A stretch of 63,040 nt of DNA, counting the filler, from Sphacelaria rigidula (Eukaryota): assembly GCA_964200075.2 (NCBI GenBank). It is 7 parts of 7 records of this genome, joined end to end, with 100 filler letters (N's around TTAATTAATTAA, not from the genome) between each part and the next. Parts side by side here need not be neighbours in the genome. Positions count along the whole stretch, not along the records: positions 9,022 to 17,942 come from CAXNAA020009749.1; positions 18,043 to 26,962 come from CAXNAA020009750.1; 5 more parts are not named here. One strand, written 5' to 3'. Below, piece by piece: positions 12,611 through 25,381 of the stretch. The notes under the pieces were generated by a model. It searched no databases, had not been told where the DNA came from, and was given only the letters and a program-made list of their open reading frames with translations. The position numbers and the translations under genes are program-made. Positions within the stretch are counted from its first letter, which is position 1. The number at the start of each line of letters is the position of its first letter.

Positions 12611-15271
12611 GAAGTTGGGATAGGGTACCATGCCTCAGGATACCCCGGGTTTACTACAGGGTATTGGCAGTGTTTGGTTGGAGTGTTTACTGCGAAGATG
12701 ATACCACGCGTTATAGGATAACTGAAATACTGAGTTGCACCCGTATTCGTTCTAGGTTTTGAAGGCGTTCGAAGTCTGCTCCGGAAGTAGGCATTACCTG
12801 GCTTCAGAGTAGGCCCTTGGTAGAACTTGGTGTGAGGGCGAAGTTCATGATTATGATTTTGTTCTTATTGGAGGTCGAACCTCCTGATGTAGTGACTCAC
12901 TAGCAGTCGTACTACATACCGACCCGGCGTCGATTGTGCCCTCTTTGTTACTGTTTCTGGTTGTCGGGCTCTGGCTATCAGGCGGTTGATCTTTCAAGCT
13001 GTGGATGTTGCAACGGGAATGCCCGAGCTTGAGCAGTCCACCGTCGACTCCGTCGTAGACGCGGGCTTATTGGATCATCTCATCACCACGCAGGTAAAAA
13101 CCACAATGGCGCAAACGTTGTCGGGGCTCGCCTTGCTTGGTAGTTGTCGAAGAACCTCTTCCGCAGCGCAGCACCGTGGACCTGCTTCCTTGCGGTGTTC
13201 TGTGTGCTCTGCAGCACGTACGGTTGATAACGTTGATGGTAGGGCGTAGCTTGGTGAATTTTTGACGTTTCCCCGGGGTATGCGTTTTTTTGTTTGTTGA
13301 GCTGCACCGGCGATGGAAAATATTTCCAGAGCGCATTTCAAGTCTCGTTTCACAAATGCTGTAACTCATGCCATTAAACTCTCGCGGAGATATTTTCGCT
13401 CACCCTGTACGAGTTCCTCGAGATCGGAGCCAGCAGGTCTTATCCATTTCACCAGACTCGCTCGCGCTGCGGTGCCATCGGGGGATCACAAAGCGTATAC
13501 TATATACCCATGTCATATAGATACAGAGACCACGGGTTCGCGAGATCGGACTAATATGCGGAAGTAATAATAAAAATAATAAAATTATATGTGGAAGACA
13601 CCTCTTTGCAGTGACATATCAGAGACTGATGCCACACATATATGAAGAACCAGCGCAAGCAGGGACAAGGTAGAAACGGTCCGGAAGGACCAGGTTACCG
13701 AGGACCCTGTAATGCCAACGAAACTAGACAACTCGGGGTGATGCCAGGAAGAGCCTAATATTAGGACTGTCCAACATTGCCCGAGGTACTGGTCGCCCCT
13801 GGCCACCACTTCTAGTCTGATCCAACTTCTTGCCTACATGTACAAGAGGAAATCATCGCCAGCCTCGGAGTTCCTTCGGCATCAGGACGGCAGTCTCCCC
13901 CGCAGGTCTCTGACTACTCTAGCGATACGCCTTCCTCACACGATGCCGTTTATCGAAATGTCGCGACGAGTGGACATTTCTTTTACAGCGTTCGGCGGCA
14001 CGACTGCCACAACAAGCATCGACGAAATCGAGGTTCGGTTGCTCCCTCAATCACCTCGGGGCATGGCCTCTGCAGCCTACGGTCCACAACCCGCAAGGCC
14101 TAGTAGAGACGGAGGACATCACTTGCGATATAATTGTCTGTAGTGAGTGCTTGCAACCTTCCCGGCAATAATCGTGGTGCTGGCAGGCGTTCTGGAGCAA
14201 GCTGAACGAATATGACAATGGATCTACTTTGGTTTTTCTTTCACATGGAACGCAACGATAGATGACGAAAACACATCGGAACACGCTTGTATCAAGGTGG
14301 AGAAGGAAGGAATTCGGAAACCAAGATATTCTGCAAGTTTTTCCTCGTCTCTGTTCCGATTCTGAAGGAGGTCACATGTGACTCGAGATTGAATTTCGGA
14401 CATTTATAGCTCATCGCCTGTGTGTATCCACAAGCTCTCGCCCGATATATTTTGTGCTTGATGACACAGCCCCCGCATTTGCAGTATTACCAACTACTCA
14501 CTTGACTGGATGTATGAATGATTAATTGGTCGATTACCCGTTACATAATGAACGATCCGCTTTAAAACCGGTTGTGCTGACCACAAGATATAGACGTACC
14601 CGACGCAATACACGGCAGCACACTCACTCAAGAAATCTCGAGAAAAAAAGGGTTAAAATGAGGGGAGAGTCAGAGAAGGGCGGGGAGGAATCCAACAAAC
14701 TGCAAACGAGAAAATAAAGGAAAAGCAAACAAGAGAGGGTATGAGGAAACGATGACAAGGTCGCGTTAAGAATCGGCACCGATCCCGAAATAAATCACGA
14801 CAGGTGTCTGCCAGGACTTGAGCTAAGAAAGCTGTACATAGAGCGATATCGTGGAAGCAGATTGTGACCTGGCTATCTGGAGACCGGACTATTTGAGCAG
14901 GAGTGTTCACCCGTTTGCTCTGTGGGAGCAGCACACGAACACAAATGCGGCTCAGAGAGAGAAGTTAAGAGGGGGAGAAAAAAAGAGGATAAAACAGGGG
15001 AACAGAAAGGCGAAAAGGAAGGACGACTACCTCGTGTAGGGCACAACTACAACCTAATGTGTTCATTCATGCATTCACTCATTTATATGATGATATTTCT
15101 GGATCGTTGGATGGTGCATGTGCACTGATGGTATTTTGGTTTTGGAGATTATTGACAGAACAAACGTAACGAACGATATTGACTAGTTACTTGATAACGC
15201 CAACTAGTTTGACTGACTGTTGTTTAGCTTAATCGCTGAATGTTTGTTTGTTTTGAGATTGTTTCTTTTTT

Positions 15272-15360
15272 GGGGGGGGGGAGGGCGTACACACTCATTG
15301 TTTGCCTTAGTCATTTGGCCATTGAGCACGCATCCCTTTTGAGACGGGGCAGGACGGGGG
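15272..15360 (-). mobile_element. 3' terminal fragment of the LINE family, in a G-run context
   Basis: Matches 24144-24210 (gggcgtac...ttg-t-gccttagtc-tttg...gagacggggca). Confidence 0.7.
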
Positions 15361-15412
15361 AAAGGGGGGTGGGGGGGGATTGAATTGGGTCAACTCATTT
15401 CTTTCGAAATAC

Positions 15413-15556
15413 CTCGACCATTCTGGCGATATTGGCAGGGGCGCAAGCGAAGTTGCAGAGTGCAGCCGCACACCGGCGCTGGGACGCTACTTGCACTTCT
15501 TCCCCCACCGACAGGGCGATGATGGCCGGTACCGCACCGGCCTGCACGATCCGCTC
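15413..15556 (-). CDS. Internal phase-0 exon of an armadillo-repeat (Vac8-like) protein
   Basis: Polypyrimidine tract then acag|GAG...GAG|gtatt. 144 nt = ERIVQAGAVPAIIALSVGEEVQVASQRRCAAALCNFACAPANIARMVE, fitting the ARM consensus (G.VP.LI.L...AA.AL.NL). Confidence 0.85.
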
Positions 15557-16368
15557 CTGTGTCGCAATGTCGCAATAAAGGACAAGAGGCGGTTCATGGT
15601 TTGAATAGTCGACAACTGTTTGCAGGTACAACAACACTCTAAACCTGGAAAATAACTTGTTCTGGTTGCATAGCAGACGTCATTTATTTGGCCGAATGTA
15701 CAACACATACGCGTATTTCATTCGTTGTACTTGCGTTTACGTGTCACGTTTCACCGTCATTTCCACGCAGCGTTCGGCGATGGAGTCGGGTGTTCAAGTT
15801 TTTTTTTTTTACGCGACGCCGCCGGCCAGCTGGGAAGACCCACAGGTAGCTATACTCACCAAAAAAACTCGCATCTTTCAACCGGATGTTTTCCCTCTGC
15901 ATTTTATCGGCACTTTTAAAATTACTTTTGAGCTGAATGTGCCTGTCCGATCGAAGCGCGTAGAGAACTGATGCAACGGTATCAGGGCGGGAAGAATTCC
16001 AAATAATCCCTGGTAGATGATAAAGGCGGAAAACGAACATAAAATAGCAAGTCTAGCATGATCAAATTGTTCTTGTGAACGGTATAAGTGAAGAACGGGT
16101 GGTATCTCTTTCGAATCACTAGTATTTTAATGACGAGGTTGTCGAGTCATCCCCCACAAAGGTGACCGCACTGTTTACGATACCGGGTACCGTTTTTTTT
16201 TTGCGGGGAGGATAAACAGCCTCCTTCCATTTTTCTTCTTCAGGGTGTTTCTTCTATTTCGTGTGGGTGAACATGGAACCAACCATAACAAAGCATGAAT
16301 ACGATAAGGAAACATCCTCGCGTGCTGTACGTGAAATATTTTACGAACAAGTCGTGTCAAGCAATGGA

Positions 16369-16969
16369 TACGAGCTGGGCCAGCTTAAAAGCTGCTAAAA
16401 CTTGCTCACACCACAGCTTCCCCAGTTTCACGAATGAATCCGATGTAAGCATATTACTGTGAGGTGTAGACCAACCTGGTGACACGGCACCGCCGCTGAA
16501 TGAAAAATATATATGAAAAATGTACTGCATAATGTATGATCTTGACGACGGACGAAAAAAAAAAGAGAACCTGTCGGGATTCGAACTCATGACCTCCATG
16601 ATTGGAGTCTCCCATCACTTGATTTATATGGGTGCGGCAGCGTCACGAAAAATGTTGAACGCACGGCCCAAATCATCGAGTCTTGAGCTGAAATTTCAGG
16701 GAGACCTTCTGCACCTGAGGAACTGATACTTCACTTGTCCAGCTGCAGATTCTCCTTTTTTTCCTAGACTTATGGCATTATCTGGTTTTTGCTGAAATTT
16801 TAAATGCCCATAATTTTTTATTTTTCCATTTTTATATTTGCTGGACCTGTGATCTTCTGCATTTCGATCATAAAAAGCTGCTGTCAAAGTTTCAGCGTCC
16901 AACTCCCGATATCGCGTCGTGCGCCGCCTGAGCGAAATTCACACCTACTCATGGCTGGCCCAGCTCGTA
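16369..16969. mobile_element. Tc1/mariner-type MITE with TA-flanked TIRs
   Basis: Perfect 16-bp inverted ends TACGAGCTGGGCCAGC / GCTGGCCCAGCTCGTA. Confidence 0.75.
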
Positions 16970-17942
16970 GTTACGTTACACAAGCAAACGCCGGGGGTGA
17001 TGAAAAAGAAAAAGCTTCAGGGCTAAGCGAGAGCTTTTGTTTCGCACTACTGACCATTTTTGACCGTAGTAAGGTATTTGGATCTCCACTGCAGGATCCT
17101 CCTTGCACTAATGTCACAGTACAAAACCTCGCCCTGATGGTATGTAAAAAATGGGCTTAAATTGATCGCCGCTTCGCACTCCAAGGACGAGGTTTCAGAA
17201 AGGTGGGAGCTGGTCATGAAAAAGCTACATCATCTGAAAGAAAAAAAAAACAGTAAAGTCGCGAGTAAGATACAGTACCTGAACTAGACGGAGTCACAGC
17301 CTCCGCATCTTTTACAAGGCTTCTACTGCACTCTCCTTCTACCCTGTTTTCAGGGAGCATTCAGGCTCAGTATCTTGAAGTGAACGCTTGAATGCGCGGA
17401 CGCTCCGTTACGCGCTCGACTAATGATCAGGGGTTACCGACAGGGGGAGAGGGGAGGGCTTCAGAGAAAACAACATAGACATTAAATGGCGGACCCGCGT
17501 CCAAGAGTTGAAAGGTATGTGTGCACAGTTCTCGAATGTTGTGAGGCAGCTGTGAACACACGACTGAGCAGGTAAAAAATGTCTAGGCTCATTACTTGCG
17601 CTCGATCTAACCGCCAAGGAGGGTGGGGGTTTCCGAACAGAAGAAATAACACTGTCGAAAATAAACAATCAGGAACGTTCCTGATGTAATGTGAACAGGA
17701 CATTCCTGGATGCTCCTGGATATCCAAAGTTCTGACCTCCTAGAAAATGTCATTCCCCATGACCAACGCACTACTCGCTAGCTAGCTGTCCGGTCCCCAC
17801 AAGAGGCTTCCTCTTTTCAGGAATGTTCAATTACTCTCTATTATTTTGTCATCAGCCCCTCCCCTTCCTCCCGGTGCGGCACCCATGAGGCAGTGTATAA
17901 GCTGTGGCTGTCTCGGGAAGTGGCGATACCACAAAATAAAGC

Positions 17943-18042
17943 NNNNNNNNNNNNNNNNNNNNNNNNNNNNNNNNNNNNNNNNNNNNTTAATTAATTAANN
18001 NNNNNNNNNNNNNNNNNNNNNNNNNNNNNNNNNNNNNNNNNN
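17943..18042. other. Artificial contig linker
   Basis: Same N44-TTAATTAATTAA-N44 structure. Confidence 0.97.
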
Positions 18043-18690
18043 CACTCATTCACCAAGCTCGAAGCGCGGTGGTGTGTTCGGCGAGTCGCATGAAGAGTGA
18101 GCTGCACCCTGCTGAGATTATTCGGCCCGAAGCCCACTGACTATCTTGCATTCGGATGGCAACCTCTAAGGAGTTGCTTTATTTTCTGGTATCGCCACTT
18201 CCAGAGACGGCCACGGCTTATACACTGCCTCATGCGTGTCTCACCATGAAAACACTACGTGGTACGATCATCCCCATCATGCGGAGTTGAGGTTCTCCCA
18301 CGCCGCACAACATGATCTAGCTCGACTGCCATCACGGTTACCGCAAAAAAAACGCAAGCGCGCAAAAAAACCGGTAACCCTGTTGCCCAGCTTCCGCAGT
18401 GAGTGGCGTGTTGGTGAGTCAGTTCAGTGTGGGAGAAGCAGTAAGATACAAGGGCAAGTGCATCCACGATGAAGTAATGATAGTGGTGTCTGGATTGAAG
18501 TCGAGGTTTATGAGATCCAGGAGACGGGTGTGGTGCGACTACCAGTTGGTGACAGCATCGCGAATCGATGTTGTCTGAGTGAGATCTTTGATAGCGTCAT
18601 CGCCGGCTGACGCCAACCCTAACGGGGGTCCACCCCTACATCGTCGGGACAAGGCACGCCGGGTTCTCGCCGGGCCAAGCTACAGGGGGG
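18043..18690 (-). mobile_element. Copy of the ~570-bp C-run-associated element (with a ~175-bp internal insertion), cut by the contig start
   Basis: Reverse-complement similarity to 49100-49570. Confidence 0.8.
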
Positions 18691-20299
18691 AGGCTTGGGA
18701 TTGAGGGACACGGTCCTGATATAGAAAAGGATGAGATGAAAAACACCGTTTTTTGTGTTTCTGTTGTTTTTGTTCAGGGTACCGCAGATGACGGTCATGA
18801 TCACTGGCACGTAGTATTTTGACTACCCCTCACTACATACCACTCTCGCTTGGTGAGTCTTTTGGGTTAATCTCGACACCGTGTTCGTCTCTACAGTACA
18901 CTACTGCAGGAATGCCTGTCTTTGTATGACCCCTCCCCCCCTCCCCCCCTCTCAACACGCCACCCCTTGGTGTTGAGTTTAGAGTCTCAATAACGTATCA
19001 CGTGGGGATCATAGGTATACACCGTCCAGCTTCGGTGCATCGAACTATGTTGGTAGCGGCGATGGAAAATGAGGAATGAGCGGACGAGCAGTTAGCTGTG
19101 CCCTATGTTCACGAGGGGAGGGTATTTGGGATAAAGGGGACAATTCAGATTCTCGTGAACTACAAGTTAATGTCTCGCGAAGTGATGAGTGGTAAGACCA
19201 TACTCTTCTCAGATCGGTGTGTCTTTTGTTTTCGACGATATTCAACAACCAACGCGCCCAAAATGCATTGCGTATTCTTTCCCCTCTCTTCGAATGCATA
19301 TCGCACGCGAAATCACACAACATTTATTGCTACGCGATGACTAACCGCGGGCGCCGTGGCAGGCCGTCTAGTGCTTATTGAATGATGCTCCTATGTGACG
19401 GTTCTGTCGGAACAGCGTTTTCAATGCATCCTTGAAGAGATGAGGGGATTATCTGTAAGATAACAGTTTTTGTCATGTGTGGGCATTCGTTTTGCCTGGT
19501 TCGAGTCCAGAGTGAAACCATCAAGTTTGAACATAAATAAATCACTGCTCTGATGGCGAATGGATACTCCGGAATCATGCCAAGTTTAGATGCTAGGTTC
19601 AAAATCCGACGTCGTGTGAGTACGAAAGGTATAGGTGTATGCCCGTTGCCTGCCGTCAGGCTAAGTCGGGAGGAATTGAGCGATCATGACGTTTAAACGC
19701 CCGCATCGACTGCTGCTCTAACTTGAACCGGTACCGATCCACGGCTCTTCGGTACTGTGCTGAACTAAGCTTTGCTCCAGCTGCACTGTGCAGTGTACCA
19801 TTTTTGGCTTGTGCTTGGGCAGCTGTACTGTCTACCACAGGCTCATGGTTTGATGGGCTCAGTTGCCTCTACTCTCACCTATTTCAGGGCAGTGGTACGG
19901 ATACTGTCGAGTTGCCCTTCGTCCTGTCAAGTTGCACTTCTTACTTTGTTGCTTCATATTCCATGGCGGTGAGTCGCTACATTTTTTCTTTCTCGACCCC
20001 TCCTGTAGGGTGTATAACGTGCTTGGACAAAAGACGAAGGAACTGTGAAAAAAAAAAGCTTGGATCTACCCTCTGGGTGTTGTTTTTCTTCTCCGCGGCA
20101 TTGCTTCGCCTCCAATCGTTTTTGATAGGATGTGCTCTTACGCTGACCAACCTCCAAAACACATTTTACGAGAGCACGAAAGATCGACGGGGCTGTAGCG
20201 GTGGTAGGGGATGAATATATTGGTAGCTTGCTCAGTAGTCAACGTTTGCACGAACCAATCGTACGACTCCTACAAAAATGTGCTTTCTACATGTTTTGG

Positions 20300-20735
20300 G
20301 CTCGCGATTCAACACAGGTTTTTACAAAACAATTCTGAATATGCTTCTGAAGATGAACCTTGAACAACCTCCATACGCATTGAAATACTCTCGGGAACAA
20401 ACTGCAATGCCCTATGCGGCCGTGATAAGTGACCTCGCTCATCCTAGAAACAAAGCATCCGCAATTTGTAAAATCCTGTCGCAACAGGCGATTCTGATGA
20501 ATAGGATCCGTGTTTTGTACGGGAATGCAAACACAAAGGTCGAAACTGTTCGGTACATATGCGGGATTTTACAAATTGCCGATGGATTGTTCTGAGGATG
20601 AGCGAGGGCACCCATCACGAAGAGTGCATCTACATTCCCATTTCGAAATTATTTCGATGCTCGTGAAGGTCTGCAAGGTTCACCCTCACAAAATGTCCAT
20701 CCTTTTTTCGTAAAATCTCGTGTTATTCGTGCATG
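20300..20735. repeat. Diverged inverted duplication (~180-bp arms, ~85-bp spacer)
   Basis: 20433-20478 cctcgctcatcctagaaacaaagcatccgcaatttgtaaaatcc versus the reverse complement of 20562-20607. Similarity continues outward to ~20300 and ~20735. Confidence 0.75.
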
Positions 20736-22348
20736 TTCCCGCGTGACATCCATGCGACACACCGTCGAAAGCGGGGTCTTCACATCTGTGAGTCATATGG
20801 TATCAGTCATGGGTAATTATTTTCCACCGGTGATTCTTGCGGCAAAAACCATAGGTACATGTTTACCATCTTGCACAGATATGCCATGAATCATGGGTAT
20901 ATGGTTCATATCGTTCATTCATGCTGCATGGACCGCAAGAAGTATACCTTTCATCTGGCATTCATTCGGCATCAAGAACACGTGCAGATTTCCCGCCTGC
21001 AACTCGTATGGTATGAATCATATGATCATGTCTCCCACGAGTGAATTGTATCGCGTGACCCGTACGTACGTGTTTCTCATACTAATTTTTGCAGCATGGA
21101 TCATGATTACATATTTCCTACGCGCGATTCGTGCGAGATGCATGAAGTTTATATTTTCCCCCAGCAGTGACGATACGTGATGGCTCTTTGGCACATGAAG
21201 CACCTCCAACGTTCATGAGGAGGCAATCCGTGTGAACTCTGCGTCGCGGCCCCTTGAAGTGTAACCTCACCACAGAACTGGTACAGTACGGTCGGTAGAC
21301 TGTATGCCGTTCCTATCAAGTGTAAGAGTGACACAGCATCCCACTGGCATAACCGTGACTGTTCTCCAGCTTTGAACGACGCAATGCTGCCGGCTGAACG
21401 AAGATTCTGGTTTCATATAAATGTAACATATGCGGCGGGATATGAATTGTAGTCGCTGTACCATCTTAGGCAGTTGAAGTGAGCCGGCGTATATCCTGAC
21501 AGTTTTCTATTTTCTCAATTGTTGGAAGTTTCATCGTGTTCTGACGATCGCTTGCCACCACATCCATCCGTTAGCGTCGCCACCTCGTGGACTATGGGCG
21601 AGATATCAACGGTGTAGAACCTATCCATACCGACCTTGTCGACTTCGTTGTGGACGCTGATATCATTGATGATGAAGGCTTATTGTATCCTCAGTGAAAA
21701 GTCACACGCGCAAAGTGACGTAAGCGTGTCCCACCATTGACATGACCGTCGTCTAGACAATAGGGTAGAAAACCGACGGCCAACTAGGCAGGGTCACCCT
21801 CTAAAAAGCAACAACTGCCGTAATAAAGGCACACCGTTTGCGCTGTCTCAATGTCGAACGTAAGGTTCCCTCACCGTTCATATTGAGTGGAAAGCACGCG
21901 CCCGCGCGGACACGCCACTTCGACTCGCTCAGTCTGCGGATCAGCATACTTCTAAAGGGAGGGCCTCAAAGCAGGTCATTTAGGTGGATTTCGGCTTTTT
22001 TTACCTTGCTTTATCTGGTTTCGGAACCTTATTTCTACATCTCATGAATTCCATACAAACTGTGATACCTTTTTATGATTTATAGTTCTGAATGTGTGTT
22101 GATCCGTGGACAACGCGAATTACAGGGGCATGTCCGCATGGCATGAGGCTTTTCAGAAAATATGAATGTTGAGGGACCCTAGCGTTGGATACTCCTCGCG
22201 TTCATACATGTGTAATACCTCCTCCCCTACTTGCCCAAACCTGGCACATAATTGTTGAAACTGGTGCAAGATCTTCCTGACATAGGTCATGAAGTGTCTT
22301 GAGATTATGAGCAAATTTTGTTTAAAAAGGTTCACACCCTCGACAAAA

Positions 22349-23830
22349 CAATATGTAATATATATTTCCCGCTCAATATGTTGACGCGTAGGGTGGTCAA
22401 TGTATATTGGGCGAGCAATATGATGGCACGAGAGAGGGCCAATATATGTTGGGCGAGCAATATGTCAAGGCTCGCGACATGCAATATATATCGACCGGAC
22501 AATATATCACGACACGCGCCACCTCAATATATATATTGGCCGAGTAGTATGTTGGTGCGAGAAGGCATCAATATATATATTTGTCGAGTAATATATTGGC
22601 TGCCACACGAGGTCAATATATATTGAGGATTCAATATACTCAACGCCCGAAGCGCCAGTATGTATTGCCGCCCCAATATGTCGTGCGTCAATGCGTCCAA
22701 TATATATTGGGCGGACAATACACGAGGAATGGACGGTCACAATACATACTGGCGTAGCAATATATTTTGATTTTCAACATGTAGATTGCAAAGTGTATTG
22801 GAATTAGTATGGTGGGCAACTCTATCTTCTCGGGCGCCATTGAAATATGTATCACCACATGCCGAAAACGCTCAATATATTCCTCCGCGAGCGTGTTCAA
22901 TATATATTGGCTGCACAATAGTTATGCGATGAGCGTGCACAATATATATTGGGAAAACAATATTTTTTCTCATGGTTCGCGTTCAATATATATTATGGTA
23001 ACGATATGCTACGCATCGCTTTGACTCAATGTATATTGACACTTGAATACATAAACGGCCGGCATGCACAATATATATTGAATGTTATATTCCCGGAGCA
23101 AAGGTATGTCCAATAGATATTGCCATACGTTACTTCATGACCATGACACGAGCAATATATTTTGTTGCTCCAATGTCTCCGAAGACATTTCAACACAATC
23201 CATATTGAAAGGACAGAATTTGAGCTGGCTCCAACACAAAGTATTGGTATCATATTGGAGCATGTTGTATCGTCCAGGGTATAATCAACACAGCCCCGGT
23301 GACCACAGGGGTACCAAAAGGCGCATATCGACCCGCGTCTTCTGTCATCGTGATGTTTAGCCAAGATATATCAGTTACATGCCGGGAAGGCGATGGGCGG
23401 CCCCGCACCGGTGGCCACTTCGGTATCAGGAGGCATATATTCCAGGTCGCCCCTTCTGTCACCATATTTTCTAACCAGTATGTATCTATATGTCAAACGC
23501 AGTCGACAACTCTCCGTAGTAATGCACGCGAACTTCTGCGGCTCCCTTTGAAGCTTTCCCCAATCTGCACGGGCTCCGGCATCCATCGCGTCTGGATCTT
23601 TCTTAGAGCGTACACAATGCTTGTGATATCCAATATATATATTGACCGGCCAATACATTGGCACCCACGCAGACCCAGTATATATTGACCGGTTAAAATG
23701 TTCTCATTAATGCGACTCTAATATATATTGGTCGTGCAATATGCTGTCGCCCACGCTGCCCCAATATACATTACGCCGGCAATATATCGCAAAATTCCAA
23801 TATGATCGACTAATATATATTGGAAACATA
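22349..23830. repeat. Array of palindromic CAATATATATTG motifs with ~42-bp period and unique spacers (clusters ~22349-23290 and ~23630-23830)
   Basis: Repeating CAATATATATTG-N6-CAATAT-N~18 units seen directly. Confidence 0.85.
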
Positions 23831-24143
23831 TTGTATAGTCCAGGGTGTGAAAAGGTTACGCCCTGCCTTATCGAGAGAGAAGAAAAAGCGACAAACGGAA
23901 CCAGCGTCCAAAATCTGCTGGGAACACTTTCTACGATAGCTCCCCCCCCCCAAAAAAAAGTGTCTGCTTTGGGGAGGCAAAATCCTCACATAAATCGAAA
24001 TAGAAGAAGCCAAGCACAACCAGCAGCCGGTAACGTTCTCGCCAATGTCGCCCATATGAGGCGCTTCAAGCAGCCTGAACCCAAACATCAGGCGCTGTAT
24101 GTCCATTTTTTTCGTGACACTTTTGGGCTGGGGTTGGGGGGGG

Positions 24144-25381
24144 CGTACTAATTTGTTGCTCGCCTTAGTCGTTTGATGATTGACCACGTATCTCTTTCGA
24201 GACGGGGCACCGTCCCTACTTCTAATAGAGACATCTTCAACATTCCGGCGCTCATTACGTTTCTTCCATAGCTCATTATGTTTCTTCCATACATGACACG
24301 AAAATATTTTACATATCTTATCCCTGTCCTGTTTCGCCGTGTCTGGCCACCATCTATCTCGTAGTATAACCATCGTTTTCTCCCTACTGTCTAATGCATC
24401 AGACGATTTCATGCTACCTTCGTTGACATCCCGCATTTCCCCCCCTAGAACGTGCCGTTCCTCCTTGTATAGTTCACATTTTGCCACTTTATGACTTCTG
24501 CTCTCTCTTGCTTTGCCACAGAGACAGTTCTGTCCATCTACTTCCTCCTCCTTTCGACTGCTGGTATATCCTTTTCTTTTCTCTGGTAGGTCCAGGTCCT
24601 CCACCCGAAATCGCAGTTCCATTGTTTTCGCAGCGTCCATGGGGCCATGCAGATATGTTTTAATCCCGATCCCCTCTCGCGACCCCCCGTATATCTCCAG
24701 GTGTTCTTCCTCGTCTACCGTACGTCTGAGCGCTCCTTCTCCCCTCGTTTCTATTTTATCTCTTCCTTTTGCCGTGTACCCCGGGTCTTCATCTATGGAC
24801 AGTATTTCGTCTTGATGTCCTCCTATCTCCTTCAATCCTTTCTCGACTTCTTTATCCCGTCTTATAGCACGCCCTTTTGTACGTTTCTTCCATACAGCTT
24901 TGTCAACCATAGCTGGCAGTCTCTTTCTCTGCATATTCTTTAAGCTGTATTGCCATTTCAATTTTCTCGTGTCTCTGTTTGTTTTCAGTGAGTACATTCC
25001 CAGCTCTGCTCTCAGTGCTGTAATACTCGTCGTTTTCGAGCATTCAAGTATTTTCTTTGTTGCTGACATGTGTACTGTTTCTCACTTCTTCACCAACTTC
25101 ACCTTCCCCTCCCATACTTCTTCTCCATATGTTAGCTTTGGTACGATCACGTTCATCAGGATACATATCTCAATCCTTGTATCTAGTTGCGAATTTTTGA
25201 GGATCACGTCCATCCTTCCTATCTGTGCCTTACCCTTTTCTAATATTTTGTTCACGTGTGCATCCCAAGAACAGTGTTTTGAGATCTCTACGCCAATGTA
25301 TGTATACTGGTCTACAATCGGCAGTTCCTCTTCTCCCCACTTCCACTTCAACTCTGCCGAATTTTTCTTATTTTTCGAGGG
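24144..25381 (-). mobile_element. 5'-truncated non-LTR retrotransposon (LINE): RT thumb/C-terminal region, interrupted by a stop at 25082-25084; 14-bp TSD GGGGTTGGGGGGGG
   Basis: ORFs read LPIVDQYTYIGVEI..SWDAHVNKI..PKLTYGEEVW*..KKILECSKTTSITALRAELGMYSL..RKLKW..CLCGKARESRSHKVAKCELY, typical of LINE ORF2 C-termini. TSD at 24130-24143 and 25382-25395. Confidence 0.9.

Noticed and set aside
12981-13093. Possible plus-strand exon (RLIFQAVDVATGMPELEQSTVDSVVDAGLLDHLITTQ)
   Set aside because: Splice sites are plausible, but there is no recognisable family, it is opposite to the ARM exon, and it has no partner exons.
22349-23830. CRISPR array
   Set aside because: The repeat is only 12+6 bp and degenerate, there is no leader or cas gene, and the context is eukaryotic.
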